DNA of 64,000 bases from Takakia lepidozioides (taxonomy: Eukaryota; Plantae; Bryophyta), in the NCBI GenBank assembly GCA_030704615.1, contig CM060733.1, positions 16,740,001 to 16,804,000 on the forward strand, in the 5' to 3' direction. The notes under the pieces were generated by a model. That model did no database searches and was not told the DNA's origin. It saw only the letters and a program-made list of their open reading frames with translations. Each line of letters begins with the position of its first letter. The first letter of the stretch is position 1. Made by a program: the position numbers and the translations under genes. This document shows positions 61,230 to 64,000 of this stretch, piece after piece.

Positions 61230-64000
61230 TGAAACAAGCCTGAAGCATTTACTCATTTCCTCTCAAGAAGCAAGGTTTCACAACAAAGGGGCGAACGGAA
61301 AGAGCAAGCAACGCGCGAGAGGAGGATCAAACACACGGATCTGACATAAAGCAGCTCTCATCCAAAGCTTGTACACCAAAATCACATATACACTAACACC
61401 CGAGTACACCGCCCTGACCTTGTGTCAGGGCGCCGTCTTTATACAAAAGCCCTAGCTTTAGTGGCCCGCCGCGTGGCGAGGTGTCACAAGCCAAGGCCCA
61501 CCGCGCCGCCTTGTTACCCTAGATCTGATGAAGGGCCAGGATCGAACCACCAGCCAAAACTAACCCTAACCTAGATATCATTGTAACGGTTTACTGGCTT
61601 TATACGCCAAAAAAAATATACTATGGATGTGTATCGCCGTTTTGGATGAAACGGGGCATATCTAGGCTAAGCAAATATGGGGTTTTACAGTGTAATACGG
61701 TTCAGTGCAACCCTTCACATGGATGTCATTGTGGACAATTTCCTACAAGAACAAAATGTCTGCAGAATGTATGGACAGAAGGAGATATTCGGCCTTCAAG
61801 AAACTATCTTCAGCCTTGTGCATAAACCTGAAGTGCCCACTGCACCCTCCCCGCCCCCCCCTGCGGTCATACATTACTACATGGAAGAATTGAACAACGC
61901 CAATGAGGAATTGCATGAATTTAACAACGCACACGAGGAATTCGATCCTTTGAGAGATGGCAATGTTAGACAGCGGTGGTGCGAGATGCAGCCTGGAGAG
62001 TGGGATGTCTTGTGGCACAGAGCCAAGAACATGGACCAGTATGGTCCAAAGGATGATTCCGGTTGGCCGGATGTGCATACATGTATTCTGTCGGCTGGAC
62101 ATGCATTCTGTAACTACATGTGCACACACACACATTTCTTTCAAGGACAGAAAATAATATTGAAAGCACGAAATGCACAAAGAATCCTATGACTTCATCC
62201 GAACACATACTCTTCGTGAACCCCACTTTACTTGATTCATGACATTAAACTTCAGTACTGGACACGAGCTCTTAGTAAGGACAACATACCCTTCTGAAGT
62301 ACCAACGGTTACAGGATGCACCCCAAGGCTTCTTTGTCCATCTCCTTCTCCTCAATGACATACAAAGCCTTGAGCACTTCAGGCTCCACTCCAGATAAAA
62401 GAGGCCTATCTATCTTCAGTCATGGCCCCCTTTCATTACTATTGTACTGTACCCATGTCAGCGCTTCTTTTTGTCTACAATAACATTCTTTTACTCTATG
62501 TCAGAACAACAATTGTCTGTAACCAGTTTGTCAACAGCTGCATGGAGCAGTTTGACAAATTCAGTTGAAGACATATTCTGCTGGGTAATAAGTACATGAC
62601 CTCCAGGAGAGTTTAATATCACACAAAACCCTTATGATTCACACAACCGGAGTCTGATCCATATACTGCATCATTTATCCGTCTTGCAACACAATTCAAT
62701 TTGCGAATGAAAAGTTCCTGTTAAGTGAAGAGGTACAGGTTGTGGATTGCTTTGAACTTTCATACGACCTTCCTGCACAAGTCAACCAGGAGTCAGTGCC
62801 CACCAAGCTTTGATGTCTCCACATTTATGAAGGCATTGCCCATCAAGTAGGAAGGCCAAGTCTAAAGACATTAAGGCAAGGCATACAAGTGGGGTACATG
62901 CAGTGCAGTGAAATCAACTACACTGAGGAGGTCTGATTTGAACAGCCTACTTTGTCTCCCACTTATACATTTTAACCTTGAAGTGAGGGTGTATGTCATT
63001 ATACTGAAACTCCTACCACTATCCTTAGAAAAACATACATGCAGTAATATATATTGTAGACTGATATGACAATACTGTGTTTGCTCTACAGCCACAAGCA
63101 CCATGGAAAAAACGTAACCACACATCGAAACAGCAGTACATCAAATGTAGGCAATCAGTTACACATCCACTCATAGCATACATAAACACGAAATACAGAC
63201 ATTGCAACTCAGTACAAAGACAAACCGCTACTCCATGCATACAAGTGCACGGGTTGGAACAGTGCTTAGAGGAAACCACAGGAAACAAGCACCCAACAAA
63301 AGCAGCAACCACACATAAGAAAATCAAACAAAAGGCATCCAACAATGAGAGACAATAAACAAACAAATCAAACCCAATGCAAACACGATCCAAACAGAAA
63401 GACTTCTACCACATAGAAAATCACTCGATCCATCAGCAGGGGAAGGGAGTGTTTTATAAAATAGAGAAGTGCATTACAAATAAGCGTGCACAAGGCACAT
63501 GCCATGACGTCCAGACCCCGACAAAATTCCTAATGTGCTCAGCAAAATGGTCATCTTAATCTCCATCTTAACCTCCAAAATGAGAAGCACAGGGGATTTA
63601 GGGTCCGTGTTGTGCCATTTTAGCAACCCTGCTGGTACAACAATGAACCCAGAGAATGAAACCTGAATTCTGTCATGTAGGCAAAGTAGGTCTATAAAAC
63701 GTAGCTAACAGTCTCAAGTCTCAACCTTTTTGAACCAGAGGCTGCCAGACTCTCTGTTGCAATTGTACTAACTTTGCATTAATTCAGATACCACTCTCTG
63801 TACAGTGTTGGCTGATGGTTGCATGACATTTTAGACCAGCAGACAGGGGACCTCTAATTTAGTCATCTTGTGCCTCAAACATGCAAGAGAAATCTTTAAT
63901 GTGTGTTCGAGACACATACACTTGCATGCCGCTGCTGAAGCGGAAGGTCCAAAACAATGTTTGAGTGAATTGGACAGTCCGATCCCTACATTGCAAAATA

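Larger units (their letters stand above)
55730..61812 (-). mobile_element. Degenerate Ty3/Gypsy LTR retrotransposon: gag-PR-dUTPase-like-RT-RNaseH-INT
   Basis: LTR homology between 55730-56035 and 61230-61562; PBS TGGTGGAGA; knuckle CYICGSFEHWTKHC (about 59961-60002); PR VIDTGC; RT YVDD and RH QTDASD in 57178-59040; INT GIDLVGP and YHPQTNGLTER. The right end at 61812 is inferred from TGAA...TTCA termini and a GCCT 4-bp duplication, and is less certain. Confidence 0.88.

Noticed and set aside
61816-63000. Possible Ulp1-like protease relic of a DNA transposon (minus strand SDEVIGFFV..., YWSMFLALCH)
   Set aside because: Motifs are scattered across frames and the catalytic residues cannot be placed.
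63000-63560. Cys/Val-rich minus-strand ORFs (also 54913-55432)
   Set aside because: They arise from low-complexity CA/TG-biased sequence and contain no domain.

Overview
This is repeat-rich eukaryotic nuclear DNA from a land plant. It is most likely a bryophyte or other non-seed plant with organellar C-to-U editing; that is inferred from the PLS-DYW gene type and the transposon families, not proven. Host genes: an intact PLS-class PPR-E-DYW RNA-editing factor (3655-7359, extended upstream by a spliced exon) and a tandem paralogue that is pseudogenised and lacks DYW (12788-15530). Both are preceded by small exons encoding a WWDN(R)...PxWV motif of the OSB 'PDF' ssDNA-binding type, and two more such exons lie near 29.9 and 31.2 kb. 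The rest is nested transposons. The most striking is a Ty3/Gypsy polyprotein with a DNMT3-like C5-cytosine methyltransferase between protease and RT and a PHD finger after integrase (18889-25420). Also present: a full-length chromovirus with LTRs, PBS and TSD (34602-41550); a deleted inverted relative (48950-54523); a Gypsy with a dUTPase-like domain (55730-61812); a TSD-flanked Mutator-like element (43315-46266); a TTAA-flanked piggyBac-like element (15616-16861); a ~2 kb foldback palindrome (9105-11092); and LINE fragments. All calls come from reading motifs by eye; no database searches were run.
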